DNA from: Mizuhopecten yessoensis
Taxonomy: Eukaryota
Reading direction: 5' to 3'
Length of the DNA stretch: 64,000 nucleotides
NCBI RefSeq assembly: GCF_002113885.1
Contig: NW_018406415.1
Location: 2,348,239 to 2,412,238, forward strand
A program made the position numbers and the translations under genes. Numbering within the stretch: position 1 is the stretch's first letter; every line of letters begins with the position of its first letter. Of this stretch, positions 52,956 through 64,000 are shown in pieces. The notes beneath the pieces were generated by a model that was not told the DNA's origin, did no database searches, and worked only from the letters and a program-made list of their open reading frames with translations.

Positions 52956-55900
52956 CTAACGGAAAAACCTAATGTTTTGCATGCAAACACCTCTTGGCCC
53001 TGCCATTCCTGGTGGATAGCCCCTTCTTCTCTGATTATAGGGGACAATGCGATGCATGTGCCGCGGAGGCATTGTCTGGTGTCCGGGTGGATGATAGTTC
53101 TGTCGACCGTACGGCTGCCAATTGTACGGCTCAATGTTCTGGCCGAAATTATCACATGCGTTGAAATTATTTGAGCTGAAATCAACATCATCTACCATTT
53201 GGTTATTATCAGGCAGCTGATTTTCCTGAAAGTTCAAACAATTCTCTTGGTAGTCTTCGGCGAAGTCTACTGGATTCATCTCATCAGTGAACAAGGCCAA
53301 ACCCCTGCCCATGTCTGTGCAATGTTGTTGGCTGTTTGTCCTAGTACCATAATTTGCCACATGGTTGTCAACTTGAAAATAGCCATAGCCCATTTTCCTG
53401 ATTGGTCCACCGTACCGCTCTTCAATGCTGGGCATGTTGCCGACTTGAATCTGCCCAAAGTTAACCTGTTGCCGAACATTTTGTGACTGGGCCAAAGGAT
53501 GGACAGACAGGCACATGTTCTGGGGAGGTTTCCGCAGAAAATTCGGAACAACGTTAGTATTCTGCAACTGTAATCCAAGAGAGACAGAATTTCCATTTTC
53601 TGTCCGATTTCTTTGAGTGAAGTTCTTTTTTACCTGGTTTAGATTGGCTGTACAAGGCTTCACGACCCCCTTAACCTCTGTCTGATTTGGCAACTTTTCG
53701 CCGAAAGCCTCTGTGATATGTGATAGAAGCAAATTGGTGATCCGGCGATGTGCAGTCATATCCCAGTGAATGCCATCCTCTGCCCGACGGTGTAGGTGGT
53801 AACGTAGGAAGTGGTGCAGGTCAACCACATCAAATCCATGCGAGGCTACGATTTGACGTGCGACAAAGTTTGCTTCCAGTACCTCCAGTTGTAGAGAGTT
53901 CATCATATGTTCTACCTCTGGAACAATGACGCCACCCTTGGCCTTTCTGGACACTGGCAGGGTGGTGTTCCATAAAGCCAAACAGTTCTCTGTCAAACAG
54001 TTCTTCATACAGACACACAGCTTCTCCAGGTTCACCTTGTAATCACTCACATAGCTATCACCATACCTGAAGCGAGAAATAAGTCTACAGATGCATTTTA
54101 TTTTCAACAAAATCACTACCATTTTTTCTCTATCCACTGAAAATATTGTACTGTATAATTATAAAATTTATTTGGGGATTTAATTTTCATTTATTTTGTT
54201 GTTTTCCACAAACTATAATTCCAAAGATCCCAGTTAGTATGAAGCTATGGATGATAGCACATTGATTGTCACTTTGGGTGATTTTAACCATTCCAATAAA
54301 GACATCTTTCTCATACAAATCACGAAAGAACAATTCTATTTTTAGTAAGTGACCTCATCAATGACCTTGACAAACCATGGCAAAATCTATTAGGAATTCT
54401 TCTTTTTTTCTTAGGGCAACCCATGTGAAAGCATAATATTTCGTTTGGAATTTAATTTAGTCTATTTAGTCTATTTTGTGGTTTTATAATTTCAAAGTAT
54501 AGCTCTGTTGTGAAAATTTGTTCCGATATAAGCATCTGGACGACGGATGCAGACATTCCATTTAATTGAATTTTTGAATTCTCTTTGAATTCTTTGAATT
54601 CTTTTGGGAGATAAAATGATAGAGTTGTGTAAAAAAAAAACGTATTTCTGATAAAAAATTGGTAAAACCAAAGTTAAAAATATCATACTAAGAAGATGCT
54701 GACCTGGTTATATCCCAGAGACACGAGTTAATGATAACAATGTCAGGCCGTGGTTCCTCCTTCAGCTCGGTCAATATGGAATTCACATAGTTGTTAAAGC
54801 AGCGTGTCACAAAGTAAAATCGCACCAGGTGGTAATCTGTTTTGTATTGTCGTACTTCGCGATAGTGGATACCGTTGTTCATCTCGCCTTTCTTACCCCC
54901 GTGTAATAGCACGTCAGCCGCAAAGTTCATCTCGCCCTACAACGAAAACAAATATCTTAGCAACATATGAGAAGGGTAATTAAATAGCAATCACCTGGTT
55001 AAAAACAAGAAGTGATGCTTCCTTTAAGTCATTCACCCCTGAGGTTTCATAATGAACTATTCCAACCTTTGAATTGGAATAGTTCAAATGTGTCTTTAGG
55101 GTTGAATGAGTTAACCAACAGCTAATTCAGTGATTGGTTTGGTTAGGTTTTATTTTGTTTAACATCCTATGAACGGCTATGGTCAGTTAAGGAAATGCCT
55201 CAATGCGTGTAATACATGCTTGTGTGTATGTGTACCGGAGGCAGCGTATGTTGAATGTTGATGAATTTGCCTCGTTCAGATAGCATGGATCTGATGCCGA
55301 CTTTACAGTGCTATCCCACCTGGTCATATTATGGTGACAAAGGGTAAACCAGTAGTTGTGATAAGCCAACATGCTAAATGTTGAGTAGGGAATAACATAT
55401 ACCATTTTAATGGCTTGTTTTTGGTGTCCCAGCGTGGGGACAGAGCCCATTGCCTACCCCACTTGGGAGAACGCTGAACACCAAGGCAAAAAGTAAGGTG
55501 TTGCCAAGCAAGGCACTAGGAACCAAAAAGGTTTTTAGGAAGTAAAGAGAAAATATAAAGATCCTAAATGTTTCAATTGGGTGCAGCAGATCAATTGTAG
55601 CAGAAGTCATAGATGCAAGCCCCCATTTCTGCAGGGGGCTCCACTTTAGTCGCCTCTGACAACATGTAGCGGGATACAGCAGGCTTATTCTTCCCCCGAC
55701 ATGCAGGGGACCCAACTAAGTGATCTTGTACCCTTGACCCTGTGACTGTCACCAGCAGCAGGTTTGATGGTTATTCTTTATAAAGGTATTTGTGAACACA
55801 TGTAGCAAGTTCAATGACATAAATTTCATTCATTGTCTGTTGAAAACTTATTTTACCAATGACTTTTTGTCGTTTACCTTTAACCTTTAGCTACCCATCT

Positions 55901-57212
55901 CTAAGATTTTACCTTGGCCCGAAGTTGACGATCTTTCAGATAGCTGTTTTTCTGCAGCAACATCACCAAGTCCTTGTAGATTGACCTTTGAACTGAAACA
56001 AGATGCGACTTTCTTAATAATTGTATATATTATGTACAGTGGGGTAAAGGAGGGGGAGGCAAATTCCTAATCATTTACCGAATACAGTACATTAAGGAAA
56101 ATTCATGGTAAAAGAAGATTTATTTTTACTTTCGAAATATCTTCATGCAATGAACTAAAACTAGCTGAATTAAATATGAAGAAAAGTACAGTACATGTAT
56201 TCTAAAATAAGTCGTTACTCTAAATGCATTTTGATACACCTCAAAATCCCATCAAGATGGATTGTAAAGATGTACCAGGGCCATACCATTTCTGTGTGTG
56301 GATATAGTAGTAGTCCTTCAAAATTCCTCTTTGACTAAATGTTAGCTGAAGAATTGTTTTATTCATGGTACATCATTAACAAGAGGCCCAAGGGCCTTAG
56401 CGGTCACCTGAGTTATATCATAGATACTGGTAGCTTTATTTTATTGTTTAGATGTGATGTGGAAATCAGCATGTAAACTAAGTGAAATACAATACTTGTC
56501 ATGTCATCAATGGATAAGAATTTGAAAATATTGGTAAATGTTCCCTTTGGGGCCCCGCCCTAGCCCCTGGGGATGGGGCAGGAATCCTAATTTTACAAAG
56601 TAAAACTCTCATTTACCCAAGATGATTCTGACTAAGTTTGAGCAATTTTCTGCTGAAAATGGATAAAATATATACCGAAAAGTGTTATTTCCCTATATAA
56701 ACTATATTAAACGTTAACCCCTCCCCAAGGGAGAACGGATAGCTCGGGGTCCTGATATTTTCAATTTAAATAAAGCCCCTGATGATCTTTCTTTCCACGT
56801 AAAGAAAATCACTGTAGTACCTCTGAGTCTGGAGAAGAAGATTTTTGAAATATTGATTAATTTTCCCTTTGGGGCCCCGCCCTGGCCCCAGGGGTTGGGG
56901 TAGGAATCCCAATTTTACAATTTTGAAGCCTCATCTACCAAGGATGATTCTGACCAAGTTTGAAAAAAATCCATCCACTGGTTCTTGAGAAGAAGTTGAA
57001 AATGTAAAAGTTTACGCACGACGCACGACGGACGACGGACGACGACGGACGAAAAGCGATTGGAATAGGTCACTTGAGCAAAGCTCAGGTGACCTAAAAA
57101 TGTCATTACAATGATAAACAAAGAACTGGCACAAACCTGATGATCCGATCACAACAACAAACTTGTTCTTCAGAATGCCATAAGCATCTTTACTCAGGAA
57201 GATGTCCGACAT
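52956..57212 (-). CDS. PCED1A: PCED1/FAM113-like paralogue B, 499 aa
   Basis: Exons 57137-57212, 55913-55992, 54704-54936 and 52956-54066 (1500 nt); 80- and 233-nt internal exons equal those of paralogue A. Motifs NKFVVVIGSSVQRSIYKDL, NSCLWDITRYG, DGIHW. Confidence 0.92.
55028..55110. mobile_element. piggyBac-like MITE with TTAA on both sides
   Basis: TTAA|GTCATTCACCCCT...AGGGTTGAATGAG|TTAA. Confidence 0.75.
55136..55715 (-). mobile_element. Diverged Meta-type SINE with 5' extension (intron of PCED1-B)
   Basis: Colinear with 35231-35735 (tail, gccgacttta.agtgcta core, ggggacaga.ccca head, ttagtcgcctct extension). Confidence 0.7.
56378..57100 (+). mobile_element. HINE/pearl-like element in the first coding intron of PCED1-B
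   Basis: Same termini as the 51332 element (aacaagaggccc..ggtcacctgag; (GACG)n; aggtcacttgagc..gctcaggtgacctaaaaa) but a different core. Confidence 0.85.
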
Positions 57213-58836
57213 GTTTGTTATCAAAGAGTTCTAAAAATGAACGAAAATATCATTCGTTTCAGATTAAATATACAAAAACTTAATTAGCATGTGAATAACC
57301 AAGAAACAAAGGTGGTCCACTTATCTTCCGCTTATATGCATTGATACGGATGAGCCCATTATGGTTTATAGTGTTGAAAGGGTTAAATAAGAATAAGAAA
57401 CAAGCAAGCCCGCCTGAAATGCTCCATCATCAGTTTTGAAACTAAGATTTTTTGTCAAGAAATGAGCTGGGCTGCCCACGAAAATTCTCAGTTCCCTGGG
57501 TCAAAAGGTGGTAGTCCTGCCAAGATCATATCAAAGTACTGTTGAGATGCTTGGAGTTCCAAATCACACATGCTATTGTGGAAAGAGAGCTGACAGGATT
57601 TTGAATGCTTCAACTTAATTTAATTACCTGCATTCTAGAGAATTTTGAGCACTGAATGTCATTTTCTATTTGCCATTCAATCTTATAAATATATGACATT
57701 TTACTCAGCGGTTAATCAGCTGGGAGATTTGTATAGCCTATGTCAATTTTTGGCTGCTATATGCTATGAACCCTGTCCATGATTAATGTAATTAAAATTT
57801 GTTCCTTTGTTTTACAAAATCAAAAGCAAGCGAGAATTTGCTTAATATATCTATACTGATGTCTGATGGACCAGTGAGAGCAAAACATGAAATCTACATG
57901 TATTATATATTTATATGCCAGTTTTATTTATATAATATATGTTAATAAATAATTGCAAGGCAAAATAGTGTTACTTCTATAACAATAATTAGACACCAGA
58001 CACAATATATTTATTTTAATTTCTTTTTGCAGGTGCTTCAACTAAAACCACTTGCCCCTCAATGACAACCTGATGGGTTTGAAAATGTTATACTCTGACT
58101 GTCTTTGGGATGCTTCACAACACATAAGGTTATATATAATAGAAGTACTCAAGTCTTATATACAGATATATAGCCAGTAGTCGATCTGGATTGACATTAG
58201 CCATCATTTAGGTCAAAGGGAGATAATAGTGTAAAGACTATTTTACAGAAATACAGCTAGACCACATGTTGCATTTCAGGGCATTTAAATACATCGTATA
58301 TCTAGCATTAACAACAATATGTGTTTTAAAACTAAGAAATTTAATATCAATATTGGTATGTTTGCTTGAGTAATGATTGTCAGTCGAAACGAAAAATACC
58401 CGTGGATAGAAAAGGTTCGGAAATGAATCTAATTCCGTGGTCCAACTAAATGACATTAGTATTCAAATATAATTTACAACTTATTTAGTTATATGTACAT
58501 AGATCTATATCCATTTAAGATATTTGGTAACTGTAAGCATATGACGACCGGTAAAACTGTGCTTCTTACCTGCAGACGTGCCCTGCTTGTTGTGCGAACC
58601 CTTTAGCTTGCATGCAGACAAACACGGGCGCGCTCGAACCAGCTTTGAACTATCTTGGACCACGGGCTTCGGTACTCTAATTTCCGTGCCAGACATAATC
58701 GAAGTGGCAGAGCATACAATTTATTAAAACTAAAACAAAATTATTTAACAAGCTTAATCGGTGTTTTTTAACATATTTTAAACAAACAAAATCATATTCA
58801 GAAACAGTCAAAATTAGCAGATGCTATTAGATCTAC

Positions 58837-58861
58837 CAGAGACGTATATTACACGTCTCTG
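58837..58861. mobile_element. 25-bp CAGAGACG palindrome with 7-bp TSD
   Basis: GATCTAC|CAGAGACGTATATTACACGTCTCTG|GATCTAC. Confidence 0.88.
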
Positions 58862-61123
58862 GATCTACTTGTAAAGCAAAAAAGACATTTCCACTAATCT
58901 TAAAACAAACATGCTGAATTATAAAAGAAATTATACTTGATTATCACGGGGGTAACCCGATACTCGCTATTTCGCTTACGTCAGAGCACGGACTTAGATT
59001 AGTTATCTAAGTCTGTGCTGTTTGGATTACGTCGGAGCAAAAAGTTAGTTTTGCACCAAATACGGTTTACGGCAGAGACAAATTCTCCCACGATTGGAAG
59101 AGTGTTGCGGCAAAATACAAGATTACGTAAGTATAATGATGTGATATAAGCAGCCAAGTTGAAACAATGATAACACAAAAGTCTGTTGACGGTATAGATA
59201 CTATCACATACACGTGTCATAGTCGATTTAATACTTTAATTATGAATATTCTGACGTAATACACAAATCTACGTGTATTTGATATTTAAAGATGAATAAA
59301 ACGATTCCCCGTGTCATTGAAATGAAGTAAATAGCTACAATAATAGAACGAATAATACTATTATTATTAAATATATGAATGCATCACATGGACATTACAT
59401 TTGTGCATAAACTGCTATTTAATACTGGTGATACGGATTACGAACGTGCTCAATTTTAGTTGATACGGATGACGTTCTATGTTGATACCGGTCACGTTGT
59501 ATTAAATCGATTATCAAGCGAGAGGTTTTTTTATCACTATTTTATATCTCCGTCTCTTAAGAAATTAATAGCTCTGAGAGACAAAGTAACTTTGGAAATG
59601 AATTTATGTTACTCTTTTATATACCCGCAATTTAAAGTTTGTTTTAGTGATACTGTTAAGTAGCATGAGTGTAACCCTTGACCAGTATAATGTGTAACGT
59701 ATCGATTGAAAAAAAGTGACATGCACGCTAGCGTAGTTACTTTTGGCAGTATAAGTTAAATCCGCCTTGATGTTTAATTACGTTTGGGTCTTTTGTGAAG
59801 TTGCTTTCAATATAAAGGTTTGTTATAAAGTTACTTGTTCCAATTGTGTGAACAAATACGTTACAAGAACAAAGTATATCCTTGTTTTAATGCAGCATAC
59901 CATACTTCTCAAATATATATCAAATTCATAGTAGCAGGGACTATATACTGTCCCTGATAGTAGTTACCAAAAAAAGTACAAATAACATACCATTTCGATT
60001 GAAGATGTTGTAAAGTTTGATTTGTATCATGGCTGGCAAGGTAACATATATACGTTACAATATGATACTCAACTTTAAAGCGATACAGGCGAGGTAGTAT
60101 CTTTGTTGTGTTGCTGAAGAACGAATGTTTTGTACTGTAGATATGCATTAGTCGATGAAAAAATACCTTTCTAAAACTAAACCCATGAAAAGTGTTCAAA
60201 AGTTTGAAGTTCAAAGAATGAAATATTGTATTTGAATATATTTGTTTTGAATGATTTCCGTTCGGGCCAAATGCCTATTTTCATATACGACCAGAAAAAC
60301 GTGTCAGCATTTATTGCAGAAATGTCTGTTTTTATGACACAGTCTATCTTGGATTCGCGAATATGATAAATTTGAAGAAAAACATTTCGATTTGAAGAAG
60401 TACTGGATCACCTATCTGTTAAATACTGACAATGGCCTGTTGGGAATGGACACTTCTGTTTTCAAAACCGGTTTCGGTTTATTATCCTACACATGTTACT
60501 CGTTTGAGAAAAGATAATACAGTGTTCTTAATGCAAAGTTCATTTTCCACTTTTACTGTATACGTAATGGCGCATGATAAGTGAGAATAAACGATTAAGC
60601 AGTCACTGGACAAGGACCTGTAGACAGCATTCAGTAGCTGATGCTAGATTGCAATGAAGAAGGTTAGATGAAAGTCAGAACTAGTATGGTCAAAGTTTTG
60701 TTGGTGTAGCACTTTTACTTCAGCAGAGACAAGATAAACGCAAACACTGACGAGGAAACTGACAAAGTCGCGGGACCAAAGCAGCAGCTGGTATTTTGAA
60801 AAAAGATGTACAGCGGAGCCCATGATATATCTAAAATGTAATATTATTTGATCTTTCTAATTTTAGTAGGTCTAGAACTTAAACTTTTTGAGATACAACA
60901 CACATTACACAGCTAACACTTAAAATTTTCTGCCACAAAAAATATAGGTTGTCAGAATTTTAAGAATTTTAAATGTAAAATGGAGTGAATTTTGAAAAAA
61001 AATGGAACACACAATTTTTTGCAAAATAATGTCAATAAAAATGATACTAACATAGGTTAGTATTGCATTGATGTATATCAATTTCATAAATGCTGAAATT
61101 GTGTAAAATTAATGATCTATGAA

Positions 61124-61159
61124 CAGAGACGTATAAAGCCAGTTGTATACATGTCTCTG
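61124..61159. mobile_element. 36-bp CAGAGACG element with 7-bp TSD (1 mismatch)
   Basis: CTATGAA|CAGAGACGTATAAAGCCAGTTGTATACATGTCTCTG|CTATAAA. Confidence 0.75.
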
Positions 61160-61351
61160 CTATAAACGATTAAAAATTGACATTTTATAATTAAACCATA
61201 TACACATAGTAATTGCATGTAAGAGTTATCTTACTTGAAAAACTTCACAGTAGTGAAATAGGTAGCCGGTTTCCTGAAGATTAATAATAAACATTAGAAT
61301 TCAACTAGGGATGTACTTCCTATTTCTGTTTAACAATACACTCCTATGACC

Positions 61352-61545
61352 TTAAGTCTGTTTACCATCTTCCTTGTTTAATAATTTAGAACTTGACCTA
61401 CCTTTAAGGGGAAAATGTATTAAGTCTGTTCACCATCTTCCTTGTTTAATAATTTAGAACTTGACCTACCTTTAAAGGGCAAATGTGTTAAGTCTGTTTA
61501 CCATCTTCCTTGTTTACTTATTTTGAACTTGACCTACCTTTAAGG
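61352..61545. repeat. 68-bp tandem repeat x3
   Basis: ttaagtctgtt.accatcttccttg.. recurs at 61352, 61420 and 61488. Confidence 0.85.
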
Positions 61546-61971
61546 CGACATGTTTGCCAATACTATTGAATACAGGCCAGCGATACAGGCTTATTTGGCT
61601 TTTCCTTTAACATCTTCTCTAGAAGTTTGTACGAATGGGAATATATTTATGTCCCATCCTTAAACCAAAAGTTCCGCCTCGCAACATTAGGATTTCACAT
61701 TTATATGGTGTGGTGGACATCACTTCATCATCTTTCATCTATTATCGAGAACAAAAAGAACACCCTAACAGGTCAGTCTGAACATTAAAGAATTATTTAT
61801 GTTTTTATTTATAGATGCAATTTAAAATTACAATTGTACACTACAGTTTATGAACTATAAATTCCATCTCAATTAAAAACAATTCAGACAAAAATATTTC
61901 GGGTAAATTTTATTAACATAAGGGTAAAGCATCATTAACAGGAGAAATAGGAAAACAACGTAAAATTAATC

Positions 61972-62173
61972 TTAAAACTGACTTTTAAGTTTTCGTTTCG
62001 CTTTCTTACGAGGCATGGTATAATCCATCTGTTTCATATACTCCTTCACAGACTTAAGAGAAATTGGATTAAGGTAGGAATCAATAAATTTTCTTTTCCA
62101 CCATTTTCCATTTTTGGCGTCTTTGCTGCCTATCTTCGTGTATGTATACTTGTAGTGTTGCAGGCGTATATAT
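61972..62173 (-). CDS. LMF1: Lipase maturation factor 1, last coding exon (upstream exons not found in the window)
   Basis: Acceptor ttttcattttag, then YIRLQHYKYTYTKIGSKDAKNGKWWKRKFIDSYLNPISLKSVKEYMKQMDYTMP...*, resembling the recalled LMF1 C-terminus (RGEHYRYKFSRPGGRHAAEGKWWVRKRIGAYFPPLSL). Minus-strand AATAAA at 61909-61914. Absent from the ORF track. Confidence 0.88.
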
Positions 62174-62366
62174 CTAAAATGAAAAGAAAACAGCTTTTAC
62201 AATTAAATGTAGGCAAATTTTGATATGGTATCAGGAGTGGAGAAAGCCAACCCAGCATTCTTACTTACATATTCATTGAGATTCATACACAAGATCAACA
62301 AACTCTAGACAGATACTCTACTCAACTGATACAAGGGGGAAAATGAGATCCTACATACAATAAATG

Positions 62367-62463
62367 CACAGGAACCTGCTTATTTGTTACAGCTATGTAA
62401 AATTACTCAAAACACCTCAGTTTAGGTCCAAATATAGCTGTAACAAATTCTCAGGTCCCTGTG
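62367..62463. mobile_element. Internally deleted CACAGGGAC-TIR MITE
   Basis: cacaggaacctg..atttgttacagcta ... tagctgtaacaaattctcaggtccctgtg; no clear TSD. Confidence 0.7.
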
Positions 62464-62749
62464 GCTAATAGGTGTTCAGTGAAGTACTATGTTCCCCTGT
62501 TGATGACTTACTAAATGGAATTCATTAGTCTAGCCATCAGATTAATAGAAATTCAAAAGAAGAGATGACCAGACAAAATTAAATGGGGAGTCTTGGCAAG
62601 TTTAATCCAGTTTTCATGTTTTGGCACCGCTCTTTTGAATTTCCTACTGACCTGAGTTATCAGATCATGGTCATATGACCCAGGCCAATTCTGCTACTTT
62701 ATGACTGATGTTGCTTTAAAATAAGTCTTGTTGAAGAAAAGATACTCCC

Positions 62750-63600
62750 TTTGAGGGATCGTGGCATTGGAAGGGGTGTAATATTACTGAGATGTTCCGA
62801 TACTTACAGTGGGGGATTGAGGCTCTTGAAAGGGTGTAACAATACAGAAATGTTCTACGGGTAATACATACTGTGTGGGATTGAGGTCCTCGGATTAGTG
62901 TTACATTACTGAGCTGTTCCGATACTTACTGTAGGGGATTGACGCCCTGGAAGGGGTGTTACATAACTAAAATGTTCCAATACTTACTGTAGGGGACTGA
63001 AGTCCTGGAAGGGGTGTAACATAACTAAAATGTTCCAATATTCGCTGTGGGGGATTGAGGCCCTTGAAGGGCCAGGTGTTACTTTACTAAAATGTTCTAA
63101 TATTCGCTGTAGGGGATTGACGCCCTGGAAGGGGTGTTACATAACTAAAATGTTCCAATACTTACTGTAGGGGACTGAAGTCCTGGAAGGGGTGTAACAT
63201 AACTAAAATGTTCCAATATTCGCTGTGGGGGATTGAGGCCCTTGAAGGGCCGGGTGTTACTTTACTAAAATGTTCTGATATTCGCTGTGGGGGATTGAGG
63301 CCCTGGAAGAGGTGTTACATTACTAAAATGTTCCGATACTCCCTGTAGGGGATATCGATTGAGGCCCCGGTAGGGTGTTACATTACTAAAATGTTCCGAT
63401 ACTCCCTGTAGGGGATATCGATTGAGGCCCCGGTAGAGGTGTTACATTACTAAAATGTACCGATACTCACTTTTGGGGATTGAGACTCTGGAAGGCAGGT
63501 AAGTTAACGAGATGTTCGGATACTTACTGTTGGAGATAGAGAGGTAAATTTACTGAGATGTCCGAATACTCACTGTGGGGGATCACGGCCCTGGAAAGGG
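62750..63600. repeat. ~59-bp minisatellite with a 178-bp (3-unit) higher-order duplication
   Basis: Unit gggattgaggccctggaaggggtgttacattactaaaatgttccgatacttactgt; gacgccctgg recurs at 62941 and 63119. Confidence 0.9.
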
Positions 63601-64000
63601 TTGTGTGCTATCAGAGATGAGGTTTCTTCATCGTTTACCATTAGCTTTACACAGAGGTGCACCAGCCAGGGGTTCTTTTCATAACTCTATAAGCAAAAAA
63701 CAAATTTACAGTATTGTCAGTAGAATATTTCTGGCGTCGAGTCCCAACCAAGAGTTTGAAAATTTCGAAATAGCTTCAACTAATAGAAAAGAGTCCTGGG
63801 TCTGTCGTCATGAAACAAAACATGCATGCAAGACTTCTGTGCATGAACCCACATTCTTGTAAATCCCTGAAATTATTCGACACAGTCACAAAATTAAGTG
63901 TTTGACACTGCAAATGGTATTCAGCTTAAACTTCTTTCCAATTTTATTTTTCAAATTATTGTAAAATTTATAACTGATGGATCTCTGGAACAAGGAATTG

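Noticed and set aside
60724-60790. Possible plus-strand exon (RDKINANTDEETDKVAGPKQQL)
   Set aside because: The acceptor is plausible but the donor is weak, and there are no partner exons or recognisable homology.
61972-61995. Dilysine ER-retrieval signal at the LMF1 C-terminus (KLKSQF)
   Set aside because: The lysines are at -4 and -6, not the canonical -3/-4 or -3/-5.

Overview
AT-rich, intron-containing animal genomic DNA. The repeat complement (Meta-type SINEs, pearl/HINE-type Helentron derivatives) suggests a bivalve mollusc; this is inference. Six protein-coding loci were rebuilt by hand from GT-AG splice sites with matching phases: (1) the 5' six coding exons of a Shootin-1-like gene (minus, 8092->167, runs off the window; largely missed by the ORF track); (2) single-exon nanos (minus); (3) a 5-exon, 551-aa secreted PQQ/BamB-like beta-propeller-type protein (plus); (4, 5) two tail-to-tail PCED1/FAM113 SGNH-esterase paralogues with identical internal exon sizes; (6) the last coding exon of LMF1 (minus). 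Non-coding DNA is dense in small DNA-transposon derivatives, SINEs, LINE/Penelope remnants and minisatellites. The most striking signal is five 24-37 bp palindromes (CAGAGACGTATA..TATACGTCTCTG), each inside its own 7-bp target-site duplication, which look like P-superfamily excision footprints or ultra-minimal elements. A 53-bp minisatellite also carries the terminal 16 nt of a second P-like MITE family. Homology calls come from recalled family motifs, not database searches.
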